Source: a virus
Taxonomy: Duplodnaviria; Caudoviricetes
Strand: one strand, 5' to 3'
Length of the DNA stretch: 36,839 bases
Virus record (IMG/VR): IMGVR_UViG_3300002307_001842
Span: 1-36,839 of that record
Below, piece by piece: positions 27,367 to 34,628 of the stretch (the stretch's first letter is position 1; every line of letters begins with the position of its first letter). Both the position numbers and the translations under genes were made by a program. The notes beneath the pieces were generated by a model. The model was not told the origin of the DNA, did no database searches, and saw nothing but the letters and a program-made list of their open reading frames with translations.

Positions 27367-27996
27367 ATGAATAACTTAATAGCATTTGGATGTTCGTCAA
27401 CATACGGACAAGGATTACTTGACTGCATGATAAATGTAGGTGCACCGAATCCACCTCCGAGTCAATATGCATGGCCTAATAAAATCGCTGAAAAATTAAA
27501 CATTCCGTGCATTAATTTATCTGATACCGGTGCTAGCAATTTGCAAATATTAGATACTATTTTAAATTATAAATTTGAAGAATCTGATATAGTTTTCATT
27601 ATGTGGACATTTTATATAAGAGATTTTGTATATAACGAAACTGGTCATTGCTCTACCATTCGAGTCGGGGGGGCGTACGATCGAGATTTGTTTAAAACAT
27701 GGGCATTGACACATAATAATTATGACTTAATAATTCGTTCGTGGTTGAATATTCATCATGCACACCAATATTTGAAAAATCAAGGACTTAAATTCTACTT
27801 CTTGCTGAATAAGAAAGATGATACTTTTATTAAAAATAAACCAATTTGGGCAAACGACATTTCATTTTTAGAATATGCTATTTACGATGTAATGCATGAA
27901 TTCCAGCTACCATTTGCAGAAGATCGAATGCACCCAGGGATGAAGTGCCATTCGGTGTTTGCTGATTTAATTTTTGAAAAAATTCGTTCTATTTAA
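27367..27996 (+). CDS. SGNH-hydrolase-like protein
   Basis: AFGCSSTYG, N.S..GASN, DRMHPG (DxxH). Confidence 0.75.
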   Translation: MNNLIAFGCSSTYGQGLLDCMINVGAPNPPPSQYAWPNKIAEKLNIPCINLSDTGASNLQILDTILNYKFEESDIVFIMWTFYIRDFVYNETGHCSTIRVGGAYDRDLFKTWALTHNNYDLIIRSWLNIHHAHQYLKNQGLKFYFLLNKKDDTFIKNKPIWANDISFLEYAIYDVMHEFQLPFAEDRMHPGMKCHSVFADLIFEKIRSI

Positions 27997-28044
27997 TCTG
28001 TAATCATTTCGATCATAAATAGTCGAAATAACAGGTGACTAAAA

Positions 28045-29100
28045 ATGCGTAAAACAAAAATTTTGTTTGTCCTTAAAAGACGAGCTGATTACAATGCTGA
28101 ATTACATTCAGCAAAAACATTAAGTACTGGATTATATAATTCAGTCAATTTTATGAATAAGATGTTAATTAGGGAAAATATCGAATCAAAATTAGTAGTA
28201 GTTGCAGACAATAATGAAATTGACAAACATGTTACTACTTATAACCCTACCCATGTAATTATCGAAGCATTATGGGTTGTTCCAACTAAATTCGACATTT
28301 TACAAAAATTACATCCAACGGTTACGTGGATTATTCGATTACATAGCGATACTCCATTTATTGCAGGGGAAGGAATTGCAATGGATTGGATCGGCGAATA
28401 TAGCGGATTCCGAAATGTTATAATTGCATGTAACTCACCAAAGATATTAGAAGAAGTAAGAACATATGTTCGAATTCGTAATGACTGGACGTTGTCTAAT
28501 ACTCACAACCGAGTAATTTACCTCCCTAATTATTACCCAACGACATACAAAAAGAAAAAATTTAATTACGATAAAGATCATATTGATATTGCATGTTTCG
28601 GTGCAATTCGGCCTTTAAAAAATCACCTGTTACAAGCATTAGCGGCCCTTCAATTTGCTGACTCACAAGATAAAAAATTAAAATTCCACATTAACGGTGG
28701 TCGTATTGAAATGAAAGGGGACGCAGTTCTAAATAATTTAAAATCATTGTTCGAACAACTTGCAGATAACGGGCATCAACTAATTTTCCACGAATGGGCG
28801 CCCCGAGATGAATTTTTAAAGATTTGTGCGCAGATGGATATCGGTTTACAAGTTAGTTTAAGCGAAACGTTTAATATTGTAAGCGCAGATCTTATTAGTC
28901 AGGGAGTTCCGATTGTAGGAAGTGTTGAAATTCCCTGGCTTGTTAAATATAGTCAAGCAGACCCTGTCAAAGCTGATGATATTGCACTTAAATTACAAGC
29001 AGCATATGAGCATCCAAGAATTAATGTATGGATGAATCAACGTGGGTTAACACAATACACTGATAAAACTAAACACATCTGGGTGAAATACTTTAAATAG
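28045..29100 (+). CDS. GT-B fold glycosyltransferase
   Basis: FGAIRPLKN, QVS.SETFNIVSAD....GVPIV. Confidence 0.8.
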   Translation: MRKTKILFVLKRRADYNAELHSAKTLSTGLYNSVNFMNKMLIRENIESKLVVVADNNEIDKHVTTYNPTHVIIEALWVVPTKFDILQKLHPTVTWIIRLHSDTPFIAGEGIAMDWIGEYSGFRNVIIACNSPKILEEVRTYVRIRNDWTLSNTHNRVIYLPNYYPTTYKKKKFNYDKDHIDIACFGAIRPLKNHLLQALAALQFADSQDKKLKFHINGGRIEMKGDAVLNNLKSLFEQLADNGHQLIFHEWAPRDEFLKICAQMDIGLQVSLSETFNIVSADLISQGVPIVGSVEIPWLVKYSQADPVKADDIALKLQAAYEHPRINVWMNQRGLTQYTDKTKHIWVKYFK

Positions 29101-29108
29101 GAGCGATC

Positions 29109-29276
29109 ATGATCCATTTTGTAAAAAGTTATAATTGGGATGATGGAGAATTAACCGTATATCAAAACAAATTTGATACTCTTGAAGAAGCATTATGCTT
29201 TTCTAAAATTATTTACGATCAAATAATTAAAATATATAATGATAAAAACGAACTAGTTTTCCAAAGAAGAGAATAA
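29109..29276 (+). CDS. Small protein, paralog 3 of the W..G.L / KIY family
   Basis: MIHFVKSYNWDDGELTV...FDTLEEALCF...IKIYNDKNELV; GGAG RBS; absent from the ORF track. Confidence 0.7.
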   Translation: MIHFVKSYNWDDGELTVYQNKFDTLEEALCFSKIIYDQIIKIYNDKNELVFQRRE

Positions 29277-29316
29277 CAGAGTTGATTCTTGTACAGCCTG
29301 CTAAATTAAAAATATA

Positions 29317-29853
29317 ATGATTAAAGAAATTCCTGTTATCTGGGATACAACTAAAATAAAGTTTAATTGGGAGTTACACTATTGTATTGATCCATATCCT
29401 AAAGATGACCCGTGGAAAACTACAGATCTAGTTTTAGAACAAGAAAACTATTATAAGTCCTGGGGTATTAAAAAAGAATCAACAGAACATTATCATAGTT
29501 TTGATACTGAATTAGATTTTAAAACAGCTGAACTATTTAAATATTTCAATGGCGACAATCACACATTAAATTTTATGATGATACCGCCAGGTATGACCAT
29601 TCCGTGGCATCGAGATACATATTCATATTATATCAACACAACAAAAATCCCATTAGAAGACTCTACTCAAGTGCATCGATCTGTAATAATGATGCAAGAT
29701 TGGACTGTAGGTCAAGTAATACAAATAGAGGATACGGTATTGACTAAATGGAATGCGGGACACACATATACTTGGCCTCATAATGCATGGCACGGTGCTG
29801 CTAATTTTGGCCCTGACCCAATGATTTTTATGCAAGTTAATTTCAAAAAGTAA
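29317..29853 (+). CDS. Fe(II)/2OG oxygenase-like protein (paralog of 17735)
   Basis: PWHRD, MQDWTVGQ, WHGAANFG. Confidence 0.75.
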   Translation: MIKEIPVIWDTTKIKFNWELHYCIDPYPKDDPWKTTDLVLEQENYYKSWGIKKESTEHYHSFDTELDFKTAELFKYFNGDNHTLNFMMIPPGMTIPWHRDTYSYYINTTKIPLEDSTQVHRSVIMMQDWTVGQVIQIEDTVLTKWNAGHTYTWPHNAWHGAANFGPDPMIFMQVNFKK

Positions 29854-29984
29854 TTAACATTTATAATAGTTGCTATATAATATAAAATTTAACATCTATC
29901 TATTAACGTGTAGTGTATTAAGTATAGTTTTAGGTACCAATTTTAGGATGCTGACGACAACATACAATAACATCCTATAAATTT

Positions 29985-30494
29985 ATGGAATATAAAAGTT
30001 TAAGATACATTAAAAATGTAGTTAACACATTACCAATGCCTTTAGAAGGTAAAATTTTACAAATGGGAGTAGACGATGGAAATGCTTTACGACATCTATG
30101 TAAAATGTATGGTTCTGAAAGAGTTGTTGGATTTGATATAGATCCAAAAATTTCACATCCTCGACTAGTAAAGTTTGATTTATGGAATTTAGATAGTATT
30201 CATTTTGATATTGCATTTTGCGATATTGATCCCGGTGATTATGATATTGACTGGAAATTGCGATTATTTTGTCTTAAATGGGCAGCGATTCGCACAGTTA
30301 AGGGGGGAATGATCTTAACACAATCACCAATGGTTACTGAAGAACACTGGGGATTATTTGGGATTGATTATTTAAAATTCCTAAATTTTCGATGTTTAGA
30401 GTTTGATATATACAAAGATCAACAATGGTTTAAAGAAATGATAGATATTAACATTTGGAATCCGTTGGCTAGTTGTTTATATATTAAAGAGTAA
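29985..30494 (+). CDS. Class I SAM-dependent methyltransferase-like protein
   Basis: ILQMGVDDG, VVGFDID, KGG. Confidence 0.6.
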   Translation: MEYKSLRYIKNVVNTLPMPLEGKILQMGVDDGNALRHLCKMYGSERVVGFDIDPKISHPRLVKFDLWNLDSIHFDIAFCDIDPGDYDIDWKLRLFCLKWAAIRTVKGGMILTQSPMVTEEHWGLFGIDYLKFLNFRCLEFDIYKDQQWFKEMIDINIWNPLASCLYIKE

Positions 30495-30501
30495 AGTCTA
30501 T

Positions 30502-30595
30502 GGAGAGTTGGGTGAGCTGGTTGAAACCACCTTCCTGCTAAGAAGACGACCGGTCAAAATCTGGTCCGAGGGTTCGAATCCCTCACTCTCCGCCA
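30502..30595 (+). tRNA. tRNA-Ser (GCU), long variable arm
   Basis: GGAGAGT/ACTCTCC acceptor, CTGCTAA loop, GGTTCGAATCC, GCCA end. Confidence 0.95.
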
Positions 30596-30615
30596 ATTTA
30601 AAAATATATGAAAAT

Positions 30616-31185
30616 ATGAATATATTAATATGTGGAGATAGTTTCGCAGCCGATTGGACTGTTAAGTATAAAGGACAAGGTTGGCCAAATCTATTAGCAC
30701 AAGAATTTAATGTAACTAATTTAGCACAAGCGGGCTGTTCAGAATATAAGATCTATAAACAAATAGCATCAAAAAACTTAGATGAATACGATCTAATAAT
30801 TGTTTCGCATACTAGTGCATTTAGATGGTATATTGAAACACCACATCCCGTACATTATGCAGACCCATTACATAAAAATAGTGACTTAATTTATACTGAT
30901 ATTGAAGAACATAACAAGTTTAGATCAGGGTTGACATCAATATTACAATTTTTTCGAAAGTGTTATAGTTTAGAATATGCTGAATTTATTCATGAACTAA
31001 TCAGCGAAAAAATTTATAACATAACTAAAGATAAGAAAGTATTACATCTTACACACATTGATGTTATGTATAGCTTTGATGTAATAAATTTTAGTGATAT
31101 CTTCAAACAGTATCGTGGTAATATGAACCATTATACAGATGAAGGAAATCAGATAATTTTTGAAAGAATTAAAAAAAATATATAG
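30616..31185 (+). CDS. SGNH-hydrolase-like protein
   Basis: Real start MNILICGDSF at 30616; NLAQAGCS; NHY...GN. Confidence 0.78.
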   Translation: MNILICGDSFAADWTVKYKGQGWPNLLAQEFNVTNLAQAGCSEYKIYKQIASKNLDEYDLIIVSHTSAFRWYIETPHPVHYADPLHKNSDLIYTDIEEHNKFRSGLTSILQFFRKCYSLEYAEFIHELISEKIYNITKDKKVLHLTHIDVMYSFDVINFSDIFKQYRGNMNHYTDEGNQIIFERIKKNI

Positions 31186-31190
31186 TTTAT

Positions 31191-31265
31191 TGGTATGTAG
31201 CACAATGGCAGTGCATTTGACTGTTAATCAAAGGGTTGCAAGTTCGAGTCTTGCCATACCAGCCA
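31191..31265 (+). tRNA. tRNA-Asn (GUU)
   Basis: TTTGA-CTGTTAA-TCAAA arm, GTTCGA, GCCA end. Confidence 0.93.
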
Positions 31266-31280
31266 AAATAAAAAGAAAAC

Positions 31281-31493
31281 ATGAACATTTATCATATTAG
31301 ATTTAATACTAAACACAATAATAGTGAGTTAGTATGGAGAATTTTTGAAAACAGCAACGAATATTTAGTTAAAGGGTTTAAAATTTCTGTTCCAATGTTT
31401 GATGAAACTACTATCGAAGATGGGATAACAAAATGGAATGTTTGTTGTTACGGTAATATGACAATAGTTGACGATGTTGCAATTATCGAATAA
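31281..31493 (+). CDS. Small hypothetical protein
   Basis: 70 aa ORF. Confidence 0.65.
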   Translation: MNIYHIRFNTKHNNSELVWRIFENSNEYLVKGFKISVPMFDETTIEDGITKWNVCCYGNMTIVDDVAIIE

Positions 31494-31564
31494 TTATCCG
31501 CCATTGGCGTTGTACCAAACAGTCCAGAGTTTAACCCTCAGTGGCTCCGCTATTTTATATAATA

Positions 31565-32476
31565 ATGAATCAAATAACTTCAAATAGACTTTATATGCCA
31601 TACGGTCGCGCGGAAGCGATTGTTAGTTCGTCACATAAAAACATTATATCAGGTATTGCAATACAATGTTTAAATAATCAATGCTTAGATGACGAGACGG
31701 TGCATTTAAGATTTATTGAAAAATATCGAAATTGGATTATTAGTACTAAAACTAATATTGTACATGGATTGGATAACTTTTCGGTTGCGGCTTATAGTAA
31801 TGGCACTACTGAATCGTTTGATAAGTTCTATCTGAAAAATAAAAATAGACGTATACGTTGCTTTAAAGGTGAGTATATGTATCATCAAGCAGCCGGTCGT
31901 AATTATTTTTCAGATTGGCGATTTATCGAAGACGACGATTTAAAATCAAATGATGCTGTAATTATCAGTCAACCTTTTTCGGACACTGGTAATCAACATC
32001 CGTTGTATAAAGAAACATTAGATCGATGTGCAGAGTTAGCTATTCCAGTACTTGTTGACTGTGCATTCTTTGGGTTATGTTCAAACGTCTTATTTGATTT
32101 TACTCACCCGGCGATTACAGATATTACATTTAGTTTAAGTAAATTCTTTCCGGTTGCACATTTACGTATTGGAATTAGGTTTACAAAGACCGACGATGAT
32201 GATACACTTTTAGTAAGCCACAAAACAAAATATATTAATAGAATCGGAGCAGCAGTTGGTCTTAAAATATTTGACTTATATCGGGCCGACTATAATATAA
32301 TGTTGTTTAAAGAAACACAAATAAAATTATGTAAACAATTAGATGTTACGCCGAGCAACAGCGTCATTTTTGGCATTGATGAAAATAAAAAATATCCGGA
32401 ATACAATCGAGGATATATAAGTAATAGATTATGTTTGTCGAAGTACTTAGTAGACGGGCAATTATTAATTTCTTAG
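31565..32476 (+). CDS. PLP-dependent transferase-like protein
   Basis: LVDCAF, FSLSKFF (Schiff-base Lys), RIG; start MNQITS. Confidence 0.75.
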   Translation: MNQITSNRLYMPYGRAEAIVSSSHKNIISGIAIQCLNNQCLDDETVHLRFIEKYRNWIISTKTNIVHGLDNFSVAAYSNGTTESFDKFYLKNKNRRIRCFKGEYMYHQAAGRNYFSDWRFIEDDDLKSNDAVIISQPFSDTGNQHPLYKETLDRCAELAIPVLVDCAFFGLCSNVLFDFTHPAITDITFSLSKFFPVAHLRIGIRFTKTDDDDTLLVSHKTKYINRIGAAVGLKIFDLYRADYNIMLFKETQIKLCKQLDVTPSNSVIFGIDENKKYPEYNRGYISNRLCLSKYLVDGQLLIS

Positions 32477-32484
32477 GCAATTTT

Positions 32485-32745
32485 ATGGTACAATGGCATG
32501 GTGGTAAAGGATCTACTTCAAGAAAAGTAGATAAGAAAAAGTTCAATGAAAACTGGGATAAGATTTTTGGAAAGAAAGATGACGTATTAGATTCCTATAA
32601 CGATGAAAGACTGGTTTCTAAATACGATAAAAAATACAATTTCTTCAATACAATTCGTGGGCCAATAATTGTAGATGGAAAACTTAACCCAGAAAATCCA
32701 GCGCATCAAAAAATATTAGTTGACAAAAAAGAAAATAATAAGTAA
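32485..32745 (+). CDS. Small phage protein (HGGKGS..R...F.ENWDKIF)
   Basis: ATG 32485; basic N-terminus. Confidence 0.65.
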   Translation: MVQWHGGKGSTSRKVDKKKFNENWDKIFGKKDDVLDSYNDERLVSKYDKKYNFFNTIRGPIIVDGKLNPENPAHQKILVDKKENNK

Positions 32746-32778
32746 ACTATACAAATATTAACGCAACCGAGAAATAAG

Positions 32779-32958
32779 ATGGCAACAATTAGTAAAGCAA
32801 ATAGACCACGTAGAGTTGCAGGACAAACTAGAAATGGTCGTCCTAGACTAAGAGCATTGAGTATTGTACAACTAGAAGATTTGTACACAAAGAGTTCAAG
32901 TAGAAAAGCTAAAGGTAAAATCCTAAACGAGTTAAGTCGTCAAAAAGCAAGAGTTTAA
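32779..32958 (+). CDS. 59 aa very basic protein MATISKANRPRRVAGQTRNGRPRLRALS...QKARV
   Basis: Follows TTGACA-17-TAAACT (32720-48); ends 1 nt before tRNA-Thr; absent from the ORF track. Confidence 0.65.
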   Translation: MATISKANRPRRVAGQTRNGRPRLRALSIVQLEDLYTKSSSRKAKGKILNELSRQKARV

Positions 32959-32959
32959 T

Positions 32960-33035
32960 GCCTCCGTAGCTCAATTGGTAGAGCAACGCACTTGTAATGC
33001 GTAGGTTGTGGGTTCAATTCCTATCGGGGGCTCCA
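32960..33035 (+). tRNA. tRNA-Thr (UGU)
   Basis: ACGCA-CTTGTAA-TGCGT arm; GGTTCAATT; CCA. Confidence 0.93.
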
Positions 33036-33039
33036 AATA

Positions 33040-33233
33040 ACTCGTCTACACTTTGTCGTAAATAAAGTGGGTAATTGCCAAACCATAAGAGCACGGTGCG
33101 TAAGATCTACCGCAAGGCTCCAGTTCGGAGCGACTTGATAATATCTTAGGGTGAGTGCAACATCATCCATATGAACAGTTGCTGGACAGGGTAACAACTC
33201 AGTTTAGGGCTTTGGTAGTGCGAGTAGCTAAAC
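33040..33233 (+). ncRNA. Candidate ~195 nt multi-stem ncRNA in the tRNA cluster
   Basis: Stems CACTTTG/TAAAGTG, GCAC/GTGC, TAAGAT/ATCTTA, CTCC/GGAG, GGGTGA/TCATCC, GTTTAG/CTAAAC; no ORF. Confidence 0.6.
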
Positions 33234-33335
33234 ACTTTAATAAAACATACTGTATCGGCTCAAAAATAATAGCAGTCGCTAGACAGGCGTAGATCTAGAC
33301 TACTTAAAGGTACTGGCAGTATGTTTTACTAAAGT
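33234..33335 (+). ncRNA. ~100 nt stem-closed cassette directly 5' of a tRNA-Gly start
   Basis: ACTTTAATAAAACATACTGT / GCAGTATGTTTTACTAAAGT. Confidence 0.5.
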
Positions 33336-33365
33336 GCGGGTGTAACTCAGTGGTAGAGTACTCTG
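33336..33365 (+). pseudogene. 5' third of a tRNA-Gly-like gene
   Basis: GCGGGTGTAACTCAGTGGTAGAGTA acceptor 5' strand plus D arm; no matching 3' half. Confidence 0.65.
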
Positions 33366-33366
33366 A

Positions 33367-33439
33367 GCGTTCTTAGCTCAATTGGTAGAGCACCGTCCTT
33401 CCAAGTCGGGGGTTGTCGGTTCAAACCCGATAGAACGCT
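33367..33439 (+). tRNA. tRNA-Gly (UCC), no encoded CCA, U.U mismatch in the anticodon stem
   Basis: GCGTTCT/AGAACGC acceptor; CTTCCAA loop; GGTTCAAACC. Confidence 0.8.
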
Positions 33440-33523
33440 CAGAGTACTTTAAATGCTACAGATGGATACAATCAAGCAATTCTGAAATTGTTAAATCGCA
33501 TTCCAATTTAAATAGAGGTTATA

Positions 33524-33787
33524 ATGAAAGCAAGTCATATTTTAGTCGAAACAATTGAACAAGCAAATGAATTAAAGCAAAAGATTACAGAAGGTGCAAG
33601 TTTTGCAGGGGTTGCACAAGCATATTCAAAGTGTCCAAGTAAGGAAAATGGTGGTGACCTTGGAGAATTTGGACCAGGTATGATGGTTAAGCCGTTTGAA
33701 GACGGTGTACTTGCATTGGATATAGGCGGAATTAGTGAGCCTGTACAAACACAGTTTGGTTATCATCTGATTCATAGGACAGGATAA
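33524..33787 (+). CDS. ppiC: Parvulin-type peptidyl-prolyl isomerase
   Basis: ASHILV, YSKCPS...GGDLGEF..G.MV.PFE, TQFGYHLI. Confidence 0.95.
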   Translation: MKASHILVETIEQANELKQKITEGASFAGVAQAYSKCPSKENGGDLGEFGPGMMVKPFEDGVLALDIGGISEPVQTQFGYHLIHRTG

Positions 33788-34023
33788 TGGCTAACATTAA
33801 AGAATTAATTACAGGAAAAGATAATGAAACGCTTTGCATGGGCCGAATCAGTTGGGCCGCTAGTTATATTGCTATTGTTGGGGTTGCTAGTGGTATTATT
33901 TTATCGGGCGGAATGCTCGGAATCGCAGAGCTTGGAATTGCCCTTGCCACAATTGCAGCCGGTCATGGAGCAGCAATCAAACTTAAAGAAACTACTGAAC
34001 CAACGGTAGTAGAAGATGAGTGA
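33787..34023 (+). CDS. Small two-TM membrane protein (holin-like topology)
   Basis: Two hydrophobic segments, charged tail. Confidence 0.6.
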   Translation: MANIKELITGKDNETLCMGRISWAASYIAIVGVASGIILSGGMLGIAELGIALATIAAGHGAAIKLKETTEPTVVEDE

Positions 34024-34033
34024 TGTTATAATT

Positions 34034-34180
34034 ATGAAGGTTGATTCATCTAGAGTTAACACAGTATTAGAAGAATATATTGAAATTTTAGAAGAAAAGT
34101 ATAAGGATGCATTTGCTCCGGCAAAGTTGGTTGTAATACCAGACTATATTGACATTAGCGTTCTTCCGAAGCAAGAATAA
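34034..34180 (+). CDS. 48 aa hypothetical protein (MKVDSSRV...LPKQE)
   Basis: Open frame between the membrane gene and tRNA-Gln. Confidence 0.4.
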   Translation: MKVDSSRVNTVLEEYIEILEEKYKDAFAPAKLVVIPDYIDISVLPKQE

Positions 34181-34234
34181 AAGAGATTAGTTTATTATAC
34201 CGGTTGGGAATACTAATTTTTTTAAAAAGTTTAA

Positions 34235-34309
34235 TGAGAGATCTTCTAATTGGCAGGAAAACAGACTTTGACTCTGTGAATCTAGGTTCGAACCCTAGTC
34301 TCTCAGCCA
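34235..34309 (+). tRNA. tRNA-Gln (UUG)
   Basis: TGAGAGA/TCTCTCA acceptor; CTTTGAC loop; GGTTCGAACC; GCCA. Confidence 0.92.
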
Positions 34310-34394
34310 AATATCAGGGTGTTGACAAATGACATCATCGAATCTACTTCGCAGACATCATGCATCGAGTATATAAATTTGACGAAGTAGATTC

Positions 34395-34560
34395 TTATCA
34401 ATTATATCTAAAAAATCTCAAAATTCAACCACACGACTGATATTGGCGTAAAAACGATATTACATGTCGTTATAACAGTCAAGGTTACCGTGCTTTAGAA
34501 TGGAAAAATTGTGATTGGAGTAATAGTATCGTCATTTTTAGGTGTTCTACTATACTATTG
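34395..34560 (+). pseudogene. Fragment of an SGNH-like gene N-terminus
   Basis: YLKNLKIQPHD*YWRKNDITCRYNSQGYRALEW...SIVIFRCS, with in-frame stop and no start. Confidence 0.5.
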
Positions 34561-34628
34561 AAAATGTTCAAGATCTTTTACAGACAACAATAACTTTGTA
34601 AATACAATACTATATTATAGGTATTAAC

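Noticed and set aside
30508-30615. N-terminal 36 aa of the 225 aa ORF
   Set aside because: Overlaps tRNA-Ser; the protein begins at ATG 30616.
9946-34445. Stop-codon reassignment (TGA at apparent Trp positions in NP*LAL and HD*YW)
   Set aside because: These occur only in fragments that also carry frameshifts or deletions. Intact genes use TGG for Trp and end in TGA, TAG or TAA, and no suppressor tRNA is seen.
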